Part shown: positions 39,050 through 48,790 of the stretch, piece after piece | Layout: each line of letters begins with the position of its first letter | Position numbering within the stretch: the first letter of the stretch is position 1 | NCBI GenBank assembly: GCA_043821485.1 | Contig: JBDRCU010000057.1 | Coordinates: forward strand, 598-64,597 | DNA from: Parcubacteria group bacterium | GTDB lineage: Bacteria; Patescibacteriota; Minisyncoccia; 2-02-FULL-40-12; IGHO2-01-FULL-4-A | Direction of reading: 5' to 3' | DNA length: 64,000 bases | The notes under the pieces: model-generated | Seen by the model: the letters and a program-made list of their open reading frames with translations, nothing else | The model's database searches: none | What the model was told of the DNA's origin: nothing | Translations under genes and position numbers: made by a program

Positions 39050-40033
39050 TTGGTGCTTGCTTTCGTAGTCGTGGCAGGTAAGGGAAATGCGCTTGAAGGA
39101 GGATATTCATCCTATGCTTCAAACTCAGTAGATAGTGTAGAGCTTACAGCTTCCATGGCTTCACTTAAGGGTAATATCGGTACTGTCTTTGATGTAGGAG
39201 ATCTGTCGAGTAATGGAGAAATGCCATCAGCAACTATCTATGATAGCACTCTTATTGCAGGCAATTTTACGATAAGTGATCCAACTAGGGTGGCAGAAGA
39301 GACAAGGGGAGACAAGATTATTACATATGCTGTTGAGGAAGGAGATACATTATCTGGTATAGGTTCAAAATTCGATATTGAGATTCAGACTGTTTTGTGG
39401 GCCAATAATATAAGTAATGCTAATTTCATTAAACCAGGTATGCGGCTTAAGATTTTGCCAGTTGATGGCGTACTTCATAAGGTTTCTAATGGTGATACTG
39501 TTTCTGGTATTGCTGGTGAATATGATGTTGATACAGAGGATATAGTCGCATTTAATAGGCTTTCGGATGCAGGCGACCTTAAGATAGGACAGGAGATTAT
39601 GGTGCCCGAAGGTAAGATTACGCCCAAATATGCCGCAAGTTCGAGGGTTACATATAAGGCAAGTACGACTCTTGTGAGTGCAGATGGATATTTCATTCAT
39701 CCGGTTCCCGCATCTGTAAGAACACAGGGATTGCATGGTTATCGTTATAATGCCGTTGATTTCGGAGCTGCTTGTGGAACTCCAATCCGTGCTGTTGCTT
39801 CAGGAATTGTCAGTGATGCGCGATATTCAGGATGGAATAGTGGATATGGTCTTATGGTTCAAATAGACCATCCAAATGGAATGCAAACTCTCTATGCACA
39901 TGCCAGTAAGGTTTTCGTGTCTGCTGGCCAGTGGGTTAATCAAGGTGATACGATAATGTTGATGGGAACAACGGGTCAATCTACCGGATGCCATCTGCAC
40001 TTTGATATTATTGGAGCAAAGAATCCTTTTTAG
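39050..40033 (+). CDS. LysM x2 plus M23 peptidase (start probably further upstream)
   Basis: YAVEEGDTLSGI, HKVSNGDTVSGIA, YNAVD, LYAHAS, STGCHLHF. Confidence 0.9.
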   Translation: MVLAFVVVAGKGNALEGGYSSYASNSVDSVELTASMASLKGNIGTVFDVGDLSSNGEMPSATIYDSTLIAGNFTISDPTRVAEETRGDKIITYAVEEGDTLSGIGSKFDIEIQTVLWANNISNANFIKPGMRLKILPVDGVLHKVSNGDTVSGIAGEYDVDTEDIVAFNRLSDAGDLKIGQEIMVPEGKITPKYAASSRVTYKASTTLVSADGYFIHPVPASVRTQGLHGYRYNAVDFGAACGTPIRAVASGIVSDARYSGWNSGYGLMVQIDHPNGMQTLYAHASKVFVSAGQWVNQGDTIMLMGTTGQSTGCHLHFDIIGAKNPF

Positions 40034-40082
40034 ATAATTGTATTAACAATTGAATAGTTCGATAGGCGTTTTTTATTGGAAT

Positions 40083-40115
40083 TGTTCCGCACGGAACAAT
40101 GTTTCATGCGGAACA
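40083..40115. promoter_or_regulatory. Two tandem parS-like sites
   Basis: TGTTCCGCACGGAACA and TGTTTCATGCGGAACA versus consensus TGTTTCACGTGAAACA; third copy TGTTTCACACGGAACA at 40466-40481. Confidence 0.6.
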
Positions 40116-40129
40116 ATTAGATGCTAAAC

Positions 40130-41695
40130 CTATGTGCTGACGGTGGTGCGGTAACTTATTGCTTCTGCAACATGATGTTTTTGGATTATGTCTTCTTCAT
40201 CTATATCTGCTATTGTTCGTGATAACTTTAAAATTTTATGGTATCCGCGTCCTGAGACGAATCTTTCAGTGATAGATTTTTTTATAAAATTGTGAGCATC
40301 AGGCGTTAGTATACAGATATCTTCAATAAGAGAAGGTCCGATTTGATTATTTGTTTTAATTCCATGCTTTTTTAATCGTTTCATTTGTATGTTTCTGACA
40401 CGAGACACCTCTTTCGTGATTTCCCTACTGGTTAATCCATAGGATTTGCCAGATAGTTTTTCAAATGTTTCACACGGAACATTTACCTGTAAATCAATTC
40501 TATCGAGCAGGGGACCGGATAGTTTCTTTTGATAACGGTAGACATCACTTGCAGAACAAGTGCATGCTTCTGATTCACTGCCATATTTACCGCATGGACA
40601 TGGATTCATTGCTACTATTAGCATGAAGCGAGCAGGGAAGGTAATAGTGCCTGAAACTCGTGCAATACTTATGGAGCCTGTTTCAAGAGGTTCTCTTAGT
40701 GCTTCTATGGCATCTCTGCGGAATTCTGGGAATTCATCCAGAAATAGTACTCCGTGATGGGCAAGTGATATCTCTCCCGGCAATGGCCATGATCCACCTC
40801 CTGTAAGGGCTATTGATGATGAGGTGTGATGCGGAGAACGAAAGGGCTTATCTTTGAGTAGGGATATGTTGCGAGTAAGCCCGCGTACACTGTATATTTT
40901 GGTTACCTCTATAGATTCTTCATAATCCATTTTAGGTAATATCCCAGGCAAACAGCGCGCAAGCATTGTTTTGCCTGATCCTGGAGGGCCATGAAGTAAT
41001 ATATTATGCTCACCACAGGCAGTTACGAATAAAGCTCGTTTGGCATTCTCAAGACCTTTAATACCGGACAAATCATGGACATTTATTTTGTCCGGTATTT
41101 TTGTCCAGTGTTGTCCGGTATTTGTCCGGTATTTTTGTCCACGAAAAGGGGATATGACCATACTGCCATTTATATGTTCTGTGGCCTCGGATAGGCTCTT
41201 AACTCCAATAACATCAATGCCTTTTACTACTCCTGCTTCTGGAGCGTTATCATAAGGCACTATTATCTCATCAAAGCCATTAGATACAGCAAGAGAGGCA
41301 TATAGTAGTGCGCCATTAATTCTTCTGACCGAGCCATCAAGTGAGAGTTCGCCAAAGAATATTTGGCGTTTTTTGTGCTTTTGATCCTTTGTATTTTCTC
41401 TGATTTGCTTGGTTGCATAAAGGTAGCCAAGCGCTATGGGCAGATCATAAGAAGATCCCTGCTTGCGGATATCCGCTGGTGCGAGATTTACAATAACTCT
41501 AATATTCTTTTGTTTGGGTCCGATATAGCCAGAGTTTTTGACTGCTGAAGCAATGCGATTTTTGGATTCTTCTACTGTTTTATCAGGAAGGCCTATAATA
41601 CTAAAAAATTGCAGACCAGGAGAGGTGTCTACTTCAACTTCAACTACCAGGGCATTGAGTCCCTGTATGGCACCGGAGGAGACGCTAATTGGCAT
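40130..41695 (-). CDS. comM: YifB/ComM AAA ATPase
   Basis: VNLAPAD, GPPGSGKT, PFRSPHH, LFLDEFPEF, MNPCPCG, SGPLLDRID. Confidence 0.95.
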   Translation of the reverse strand: MPISVSSGAIQGLNALVVEVEVDTSPGLQFFSIIGLPDKTVEESKNRIASAVKNSGYIGPKQKNIRVIVNLAPADIRKQGSSYDLPIALGYLYATKQIRENTKDQKHKKRQIFFGELSLDGSVRRINGALLYASLAVSNGFDEIIVPYDNAPEAGVVKGIDVIGVKSLSEATEHINGSMVISPFRGQKYRTNTGQHWTKIPDKINVHDLSGIKGLENAKRALFVTACGEHNILLHGPPGSGKTMLARCLPGILPKMDYEESIEVTKIYSVRGLTRNISLLKDKPFRSPHHTSSSIALTGGGSWPLPGEISLAHHGVLFLDEFPEFRRDAIEALREPLETGSISIARVSGTITFPARFMLIVAMNPCPCGKYGSESEACTCSASDVYRYQKKLSGPLLDRIDLQVNVPCETFEKLSGKSYGLTSREITKEVSRVRNIQMKRLKKHGIKTNNQIGPSLIEDICILTPDAHNFIKKSITERFVSGRGYHKILKLSRTIADIDEEDIIQKHHVAEAISYRTTVST

Positions 41696-42072
41696 TAGGT
41701 GAGTTGGGGTCTATTTTTGACGCAGTTTATACACTTTGTGCTGGCAGGAATTGCTTTCAATCGCTTCATATTGATCTCGGCTTTACATGTTTGGCATTTA
41801 CCATAATCTTTAGTTTCGATGTTTTTAAGAGCATTCTTTACCTCCTTGAGCCGTGTTTCAAGTTCCTGCTCTATTGCGCGCTGTCGCTCCCATGTAGTTA
41901 CGTTTTGGGCTTGTTCGTCCAGAGTATTGGAAGAGTCCATCTTTTTAAAATTTGCCTGCCAATCATCCTCCACATTAGGATTCTTACGGGCAATTTGTTT
42001 TAACTGTTTTTCGATTGCTTTACTTTCTTCCTCTAGAGCTTTTTTAAGTTGTTTTACGTGTTTCGCGTCCAT
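41695..42072 (-). CDS. TraR/DksA family Zn-finger protein
   Basis: Coiled coil then YGKCQTC...RL.AIP..KCINC. Confidence 0.88.
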   Translation of the reverse strand: MDAKHVKQLKKALEEESKAIEKQLKQIARKNPNVEDDWQANFKKMDSSNTLDEQAQNVTTWERQRAIEQELETRLKEVKNALKNIETKDYGKCQTCKAEINMKRLKAIPASTKCINCVKNRPQLT

Positions 42073-42164
42073 ATTGCAAGTTTATATTTGCGAGGTAAAG
42101 ATACCAGAAACTGGATTTTTTTGCAATGTTTCACGGACTATTAGATTGATTAAATAACTAAGTT

Positions 42165-43361
42165 TTATTTGCCAAGGACTTCGCCTCCAAGATTGTCTAG
42201 TATTGAGAACATATGATCTCTAGAATTTGTGACGATTAAGTAGGAGCCGTTACTTGACAAGGTTACAGTTGCATGGTCTATGGATTTCAACGGTGTCGAG
42301 TAGTTATTGTATCGTACGTCTGTGCCCCTGTGGTTCATATTTATAAATTCTTGAGATATTGCCTGACTTGGATCAAGTAGAAACAAATCTCTTATGTCGT
42401 CTGCAAGAGTAGTCTCCCACTGACGTATTCCATTGTTCGCAAGACTCATATTGGTCAATCCTACTATAAAACCGCGACTTATTGTTCCATCTGAATTGCC
42501 GAATAAAGTATAGTAGAATTCTGTATCATTTACTGCTGTTGATATTTCTGATGGAGGATTTAGTAACATTTTGTCTGCGAAATGACTGAACGTATAACGA
42601 TTTTGGGACTGATCATCGGAATCAACTAAATAGTATACTGCCAAATCTCCGGGTAAGGGAGGATTTTCGTCTGTTGCCTGTGTAATACCTGATATTGCAT
42701 CTGTTTCTGCGGGAATTATCAGGATATTGATAGGGGATAGCAGGTCATTTAGTGAAATAGGCGTTGGTGTCGGAGTCGCTGTAGGTATAGGCGTTGGCGT
42801 TGACTTCGGTTCTGAATCACGAATTACAAAAAACCAAACTAATACAGCTATGATAGCGATTAATAAAACTGCAGTAATAATTATTGTAGCCTTGGATCCG
42901 CTGTTTGGTTTGGGCGGTTTTATTCCGCCGATTGGAGCGCCTATCAGCGGCGGAGTAATGCCAGGCTTAGGTCTTGGCAGAGGCGGTGTAATCCCTGATG
43001 CGGGCATTGGCGGTACTCCAACTGGTTTGGATGGCGGGCCCATAGAAGATTTATCGCCTCCAAAAAGCGGTGGCGGGCTACCAACTGGCTTAGGCATTGG
43101 TCTATGAGATATGTTGGGAGCTGGTATTCTCGGTGCAGGGGCTATCGGAGGAGCCATTGGAGGTTTAGGTGGAGCTGGTGGAGCAGAAGGTGCTGGTGTT
43201 GGAATATTTGATGGAGCCCCCGCTCTGCCTGCAATATCATCACTCATTGTCCTTATTGACGATTGTAATGTAAGAGGCTTGCCCTGTTGTGGGGGCGGCT
43301 GTGGAGGGGCTAGAGGCTTAGCTCCTTGTCCTCCTATTTGTGGTTGTGGTGTATCTGCCAT
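42165..43361 (-). CDS. Pro-rich single-TM hypothetical protein
   Basis: IRTMSDDI motif, long Pro-rich N-terminus, TM, extracellular domain. Confidence 0.75.
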   Translation of the reverse strand: MADTPQPQIGGQGAKPLAPPQPPPQQGKPLTLQSSIRTMSDDIAGRAGAPSNIPTPAPSAPPAPPKPPMAPPIAPAPRIPAPNISHRPMPKPVGSPPPLFGGDKSSMGPPSKPVGVPPMPASGITPPLPRPKPGITPPLIGAPIGGIKPPKPNSGSKATIIITAVLLIAIIAVLVWFFVIRDSEPKSTPTPIPTATPTPTPISLNDLLSPINILIIPAETDAISGITQATDENPPLPGDLAVYYLVDSDDQSQNRYTFSHFADKMLLNPPSEISTAVNDTEFYYTLFGNSDGTISRGFIVGLTNMSLANNGIRQWETTLADDIRDLFLLDPSQAISQEFINMNHRGTDVRYNNYSTPLKSIDHATVTLSSNGSYLIVTNSRDHMFSILDNLGGEVLGK

Positions 43362-43404
43362 ATATTTTGAGACATCATAATGTCTCGTTAATACACCGGA
43401 GACA

Positions 43405-45513
43405 TTAGGATGCCTTAGTAAGCATAGTTAAGTTTATTCTACCATACTCGTCTACGTTTTTCACACTAACATGTACACTTTGACCGACTTTTAGAACGTC
43501 AGAAGGCTTGTTTATCCTTTTTTCTCGGGAGATCTCGCTTACGTGAACTAAACCTTCTTTATCAGGCATGTATTCAACAAAAGCACCAAAGTCTAGAAGT
43601 CTTGTTACTTTGCCCTCGAATTCATCTCCAGCTTTTGGTTCATATGTAATAGCATTGATCATTTTAAGAGCTGCATCAAAATCTCCTGTACCTCCTTCAG
43701 AAGTTACGAATACCATTCCATCATCCTCTATGTCGATGTTAACTCCGGTTTTATCTATAATGCCATTTATGGTCTTGCCATGGGGGCCTATTAAGAGACC
43801 AATCTTTTCCGGATTGATATTTAATGTAATTATTTTTGGTGCTCGTGCAGATAGTTCTTTACGCGGTTCGCCGATTACCTTGGTGATTACTTCCAGTATC
43901 TCCATGCGAGCTTTACTTGCTTGTTTGAGGGTCTTAAGCAATATTTCATGATCAATTCCCTCGACTTTTACATCCATTTGAAGCGCTGTAATTCCATCTT
44001 TGGTGCCGGCTACCTTTAGATCCATATCTCCATAGTGATCTTCGGGACCTTGTATATCTGTTAATACCTTATGATTATTACCGTCCTTATCAAGCATTAA
44101 TCCCATAGCAATGCCCGCTGCAGGGGATTTAATTGGTACGCCGCCATCCATAAGCGCAAGAGTGGAACCGCAAACAGAAGCCATAGACGAAGATCCGTTT
44201 GAAGATAGGATTTCAGAAACAACCTGTATCGTATAGGGGAAGTCTTCTTTTGAGGGAATTAATGGCAGTAGAGCTTTTTCTGCTAATGCTCCATGTCCGA
44301 TTTCACGGCGTCCTGGGAATCCTACGCGTCCTGTTTCTCCTACGCAGAAAGGAGGAAATACATAGTGGTGCATGAATCGTTTCTTAGTCAGATCCATCTC
44401 CATTGTCTCTACCCATTGTTCCATGCCAGGCGATGCTAGTGTCAGGATTGAAAGAGCCTGTGTTGCGCCTCTATTGAATATTGCTGAACCATGTGAACGA
44501 GGCAATGCTCCAATCTCTGCATTTAGCTCTCTTATCTCATCTATCTTTCTGCCGTCCAATCTTTTCTCGCTTTTTACTATATTTTCATGCACTATGCGAT
44601 CTACTTCTTGTTCTAATATTGTTTCTGTTTCTTTGAGTTTAGTCTTAAAATCTGGATCCTCTGCAAAGGTATTTTTTACAAATTCTTCCATTTCTTCCTT
44701 TGTAGTATTCATACCTTTTTTGCGGTCTTGTTTTGTGCCTCCGTACATGCGTTCTTCAAGTTTTGGAGCAATAAACTCGCGTACCTTAGCAGCAAATTCA
44801 GCATCAGGTTCACTGATCTTAGCCTCTTGTTTCTCTAATTTATTCTCTCCATATATCTCATTCTGGAATTGAATGATTGTCTGCAGAGTTTCAAATCCTT
44901 TTGATATGGCATCTGCAGTGTCTTCCTCGGATACGATATTGAGTCCTGCTTCAAGCATGTTCATCTTATTAGCTGTACCAGCAACAAGAATATCAAAGTC
45001 GCTTTGTTTGCGTTGTTCGTAGTTAGGATTGAATACTAATTTTCCGTCTATTCTTCCTACGCGCACGCCTCCAATAGGCCCATCAAATGGGATATCGGAA
45101 ATCATGAGTGCCAGGGATGAGCCGAAGATAGCTGGTATGTCAGGGTCATTCTCTCCGTCGAATGAGAACACAGTAGCAATGACTTGAATTTCATTACGGA
45201 CTCGACTGTCGAATCTAGGCCTTAATGCGCGGTCTATAACACGGCCTGACAGTATTGCTTCGTCAGATGGACGCGTTTCACGTTTGATCCACTTGGATCC
45301 TTTTATCTTTCCGGCTGCATAATAGCGTTCTTCATACGCTACAGTGAGAGGGAAGTAGTCAGTATCTCTTGGTCCTGACATTGTGGCAGTTACCAATACG
45401 GTGGTTTCCCCATACTGTACGAGACAGGAGCCATTTGCCTGTTGGGCTAATTTGCCCAAAGTAACAGTTAGCGGTTTACCCGCATACTCTTTGGTATATA
45501 CTTTTGTTTCCAT
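43405..45513 (-). CDS. pnp: Polyribonucleotide nucleotidyltransferase
   Basis: YFPLTV, RREIGHG, SNGSSSMAS, GDMDLKVAG, KH and S1 domains. Confidence 0.98.
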   Translation of the reverse strand: METKVYTKEYAGKPLTVTLGKLAQQANGSCLVQYGETTVLVTATMSGPRDTDYFPLTVAYEERYYAAGKIKGSKWIKRETRPSDEAILSGRVIDRALRPRFDSRVRNEIQVIATVFSFDGENDPDIPAIFGSSLALMISDIPFDGPIGGVRVGRIDGKLVFNPNYEQRKQSDFDILVAGTANKMNMLEAGLNIVSEEDTADAISKGFETLQTIIQFQNEIYGENKLEKQEAKISEPDAEFAAKVREFIAPKLEERMYGGTKQDRKKGMNTTKEEMEEFVKNTFAEDPDFKTKLKETETILEQEVDRIVHENIVKSEKRLDGRKIDEIRELNAEIGALPRSHGSAIFNRGATQALSILTLASPGMEQWVETMEMDLTKKRFMHHYVFPPFCVGETGRVGFPGRREIGHGALAEKALLPLIPSKEDFPYTIQVVSEILSSNGSSSMASVCGSTLALMDGGVPIKSPAAGIAMGLMLDKDGNNHKVLTDIQGPEDHYGDMDLKVAGTKDGITALQMDVKVEGIDHEILLKTLKQASKARMEILEVITKVIGEPRKELSARAPKIITLNINPEKIGLLIGPHGKTINGIIDKTGVNIDIEDDGMVFVTSEGGTGDFDAALKMINAITYEPKAGDEFEGKVTRLLDFGAFVEYMPDKEGLVHVSEISREKRINKPSDVLKVGQSVHVSVKNVDEYGRINLTMLTKAS

Positions 45514-45518
45514 ATTGT

Positions 45519-45635
45519 TTCACAAACTTGCACGAAGTTGAGCGATGTGGATCTGGCCGGCCCTTTGCAGAACAAAAGGCCGGCCAAAGCCCCATATCAA
45601 AGCATAACGCACCACTTCACACAGAAATGTGATTT
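45519..45635 (-). promoter_or_regulatory. Long stem-loop in the pnp 5' leader
   Basis: TGGCCGGCC...GGCCGGCCA core with further flanking pairing, directly upstream of the start. Confidence 0.55.
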
Positions 45636-45711
45636 ATATTACTAACGGGATTATATCACGATTTTTGAGAAAAACCAGGCTCTGCCCAAACCTCCATTTA
45701 TTTTATTTTCA

Positions 45712-46968
45712 CTAAGGAATGTATATCGGAGCAGTAACTACTTTCCATTCGCCATCTATCTCTTTAACTCCAAAGGTGAATTCACTTGTAGGTATATAAT
45801 CTTCCTCTACCTGCATGCCACAGCATGGACCAATCTCTAATATACTGCCATCGTCTTTCCTAAACTGTACACTCAATACATATAGGTCTGGATCTTCTTT
45901 TCGAATGGTCAATACTTCTACTGACAAAAAACAGTTAAGGTCGTGACAATAACTCTCTAGAACTTTTGCCTTATTGTCTCTATGCTCTAATGGTGCGAAT
46001 GCCTTCATACCCTCCCATACTGGGCCCCTCAAGATTGTACTACCCTGTTCAAACTGAGGTTCAAATATTGCTACAGCTTTTTCGAACTGCTTATTGTTCA
46101 GAAAATCGAAGAAATCAGTTAATACGGTCTTTGCAGAATCTATTTCTGATATTGTAAGAGGGACTGACGCAAAAGATGGAGAAGTGAATTTAATTGAATT
46201 GATAGTTTGGGAAATAATACCAGCCTCTCTTACTGCCCATTGAGGAATCTTTTCTGTCGGCATTGATCCGTCGAAATATTTAATATCGGATTCACCTGAC
46301 CCTTCTCCTTCCGGACTCTCATAGCTCTCAGTTATTTGCATCCAGGTGCCCTCGTGCATTTTTATATAAGTTTTTATGTCTATAGTACCCTTGTAATATT
46401 CCTGATAAGGGGGAAGTTGAATTCCTTTTTTCTCGCCGATTTCTATTATAGTGCATTCTACTTCGTTTTTGCCTGCGTCGAGTGGGTATCCGTTAACTTT
46501 TAGAGAGCATTTTCCTTCGACTGGCATTTGTAATGCCTTATTCATATTTTCCGGGGACGAATAGACATTTGGGAGAGAGCCTTCTTCGGCGTCGCAATTT
46601 GATAGATTATAATTGCGATCCTCTTCTGTCCATATTCTTATCTCTAACAATGAATGTATTGGTGAGGGTACGTTCCATCTGTGGGAGTAATTACCGCAAT
46701 TAATTGGTGGTCCATAATAGTATACATCTTTGTTGTTATTTTGGACCGGATACTTTATCTCAAATCCAAATTCTTCATTTCTATAGGTCTGCCAGTCAGA
46801 GGTGTCTAGGGATTTCATAAATGGCCATATGCCGACAATCCATGAGAGGATAAGATAAATTATCACAAGAACCAATAGGCTCATCAGACACGCCTTTACG
46901 TTGTTTTTGTGAGGAGCAGTGTCACTTATTGTTTGTTCCATCGGTTGTTCGTTTTGTAGTGTTTCCAT
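45712..46968 (-). CDS. Membrane-anchored PsbP-like hypothetical protein
   Basis: TM then DTSDWQTYRNEEFGFEIKYP. Confidence 0.7.
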   Translation of the reverse strand: METLQNEQPMEQTISDTAPHKNNVKACLMSLLVLVIIYLILSWIVGIWPFMKSLDTSDWQTYRNEEFGFEIKYPVQNNNKDVYYYGPPINCGNYSHRWNVPSPIHSLLEIRIWTEEDRNYNLSNCDAEEGSLPNVYSSPENMNKALQMPVEGKCSLKVNGYPLDAGKNEVECTIIEIGEKKGIQLPPYQEYYKGTIDIKTYIKMHEGTWMQITESYESPEGEGSGESDIKYFDGSMPTEKIPQWAVREAGIISQTINSIKFTSPSFASVPLTISEIDSAKTVLTDFFDFLNNKQFEKAVAIFEPQFEQGSTILRGPVWEGMKAFAPLEHRDNKAKVLESYCHDLNCFLSVEVLTIRKEDPDLYVLSVQFRKDDGSILEIGPCCGMQVEEDYIPTSEFTFGVKEIDGEWKVVTAPIYIP

Positions 46969-46974
46969 AATATT

Positions 46975-47499
46975 TTATTTTATTAAATACTTTTTAGGAT
47001 TTTGGTCTAAGTCTCGGAACAGATCAACTACCTCTTTGAGCTTGCTTGATGTGCTTCTGCCGAAGGATGAAGCTTCCACGCGAAGACCTTTATTGATACG
47101 GAGGTACTCTACTAGCGGTATAAAGTCGCCATCTCCTGTTACTAGAATTGCTGCGTCTATTTTATCCGCAAGAATTACTGTATCCATTGCCATCCCAACA
47201 TCCCAGTCGGCTTTTTTCATGCCTCCTGAAAAGACTTGCAGGTCTTTGACCTTAATTTCAAATCCGCTTTTTTCGAGGGCTTCTATGAATGCACGCTCCT
47301 CACCGCTTTCTGTTTTAATTACATAAACAAAGGCTCGGATTAGCTTGCGTTTGCCAACTAAATCATCGAGCAAGCGTTTGAAATTAAATTTGGCTTGATA
47401 GAGGTTCTTGGCTGAATGGTAGATATTTTGGGCATCAATAAAAACACCTACACGCTGGTGTTGAGTTTCTGCTGAAGAAGATTGATTTATTCGGGGCAT
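46975..47499 (-). CDS. NYN domain (LabA/DUF88) protein
   Basis: FIDAQN, KKADWDVGMAMD, LVTGDGDF. Confidence 0.9.
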   Translation of the reverse strand: MPRINQSSSAETQHQRVGVFIDAQNIYHSAKNLYQAKFNFKRLLDDLVGKRKLIRAFVYVIKTESGEERAFIEALEKSGFEIKVKDLQVFSGGMKKADWDVGMAMDTVILADKIDAAILVTGDGDFIPLVEYLRINKGLRVEASSFGRSTSSKLKEVVDLFRDLDQNPKKYLIK

Positions 47500-47512
47500 T
47501 ATGGAAATTTTT

Positions 47513-47779
47513 TTACTTTTTCAAACCTAGCTGTTTCACTATTTTAACATGTCTTTCAGGAAAGTCTCGTTTTAAAAGCTCAAGCAGTCTGCGACGCTTC
47601 GCAACCATCTTCAAAAGTCCGCGTCTGGAACTATTATCTTTCTTATGTTTCTTAAGATGTTTGGACAATTGCTCAATTTCTTCGCTAAAAAGTGCAATCT
47701 GAACTTCAGGAGAACCAGTATCTCCTTCTTTGGGTGCGTATTTGGTTATGATTTTGCTTTTCTTCTGAGTCGTTAGCAT
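47513..47779 (-). CDS. rpsO: 30S ribosomal protein S15
   Basis: DTGSPEVQIA, HKKDNSSRRGL. Confidence 0.98.
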   Translation of the reverse strand: MLTTQKKSKIITKYAPKEGDTGSPEVQIALFSEEIEQLSKHLKKHKKDNSSRRGLLKMVAKRRRLLELLKRDFPERHVKIVKQLGLKK

Positions 47780-47860
47780 AGGACAAAAATATCACAAAAA
47801 CCCATAAAATGCAAGTCCATCTTATTGTGCGACACAGCTATATATTGCTATACTATATAT

Positions 47861-48772
47861 GTGAATATCAAAGATCTCAAAAACCAATTCCTTGAACATC
47901 TAGAAATTGAGAAAAATAGATCCCCCAAAACAGTAGAAAATTACGATCACTATTTATCTAGATTCTTTATTTTTGCAAAAATAGACAAACCCTCACAGCT
48001 CACTGAAGAGTTGATCCGCAAATTCAGACTGCATCTCAATAGAATGACCGATAACAAAGACAAATCACTTAAGAAGGTAACTCAAAATTATCACATTATT
48101 GCGCTTAGGGCTTTTTTGAAATATCTATCGAAGCGGGATATACAAACTGTTCCGGCAGAGAAAGTAGAGCTTGGCAAGCAAGAAGAGCGACAAGTTGAAT
48201 TCCTTGAAGAAGGCGAGTTAAAGAAGTTTTTGGATTCTCCAAAGATGAATACGCTTGCAGGACTTCGTGATAAATCAATTCTTGAGACTCTTTTTTCAAC
48301 CGGGCTTCGCGTATCAGAGTTATGTTCACTAGATCGAGACTCAATTGATCTTGATAGGGGAGAGTTCTCTGTAAAAGGCAAAGGCAGTAAGATACGGTTG
48401 GTCTTTTTATCTGATGATGCCAAGTCTACGATTATTCAATATCTAGATAAACGAGTTGATGCTGATGAGGCGCTTTTCATACGAGTTCCTAAGGATGAAA
48501 AATTTGAAAAATACGAAAACCTTCGTCTCACTCCACGCAGTATACAGAGAGTCATTAAAAAGTATGCAATTGAATCAGGCATTGTAGGCAAGAAGGTCTC
48601 GCCTCATACATTACGCCATAGCTATGCAACAGACCTTCTTCGCAATGGTGCTGACATCCGTTCAGTGCAGGCTATGCTTGGACATTCATCTGTAACAACA
48701 ACTCAAATTTACACTCACGTGACAGACAAGCAGTTACGAGAGGTGCATAAGAAGTTCCACGATAAAAAGTAG
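47861..48772 (+). CDS. XerC/XerD-like tyrosine recombinase
   Basis: TGLRVSEL, GKGSK, HTLRHSYAT, LGH, TTQIY; GTG start at 47861 chosen. Confidence 0.92.
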   Translation: MNIKDLKNQFLEHLEIEKNRSPKTVENYDHYLSRFFIFAKIDKPSQLTEELIRKFRLHLNRMTDNKDKSLKKVTQNYHIIALRAFLKYLSKRDIQTVPAEKVELGKQEERQVEFLEEGELKKFLDSPKMNTLAGLRDKSILETLFSTGLRVSELCSLDRDSIDLDRGEFSVKGKGSKIRLVFLSDDAKSTIIQYLDKRVDADEALFIRVPKDEKFEKYENLRLTPRSIQRVIKKYAIESGIVGKKVSPHTLRHSYATDLLRNGADIRSVQAMLGHSSVTTTQIYTHVTDKQLREVHKKFHDKK

Positions 48773-48790
48773 GTGGTATAATGAATACAT

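Noticed and set aside
47861-48772. Integron integrase with downstream cassette array
   Set aside because: Looks like a housekeeping XerC/D with no evident IntI-specific insertion, and no attC-like repeats are seen between the following genes
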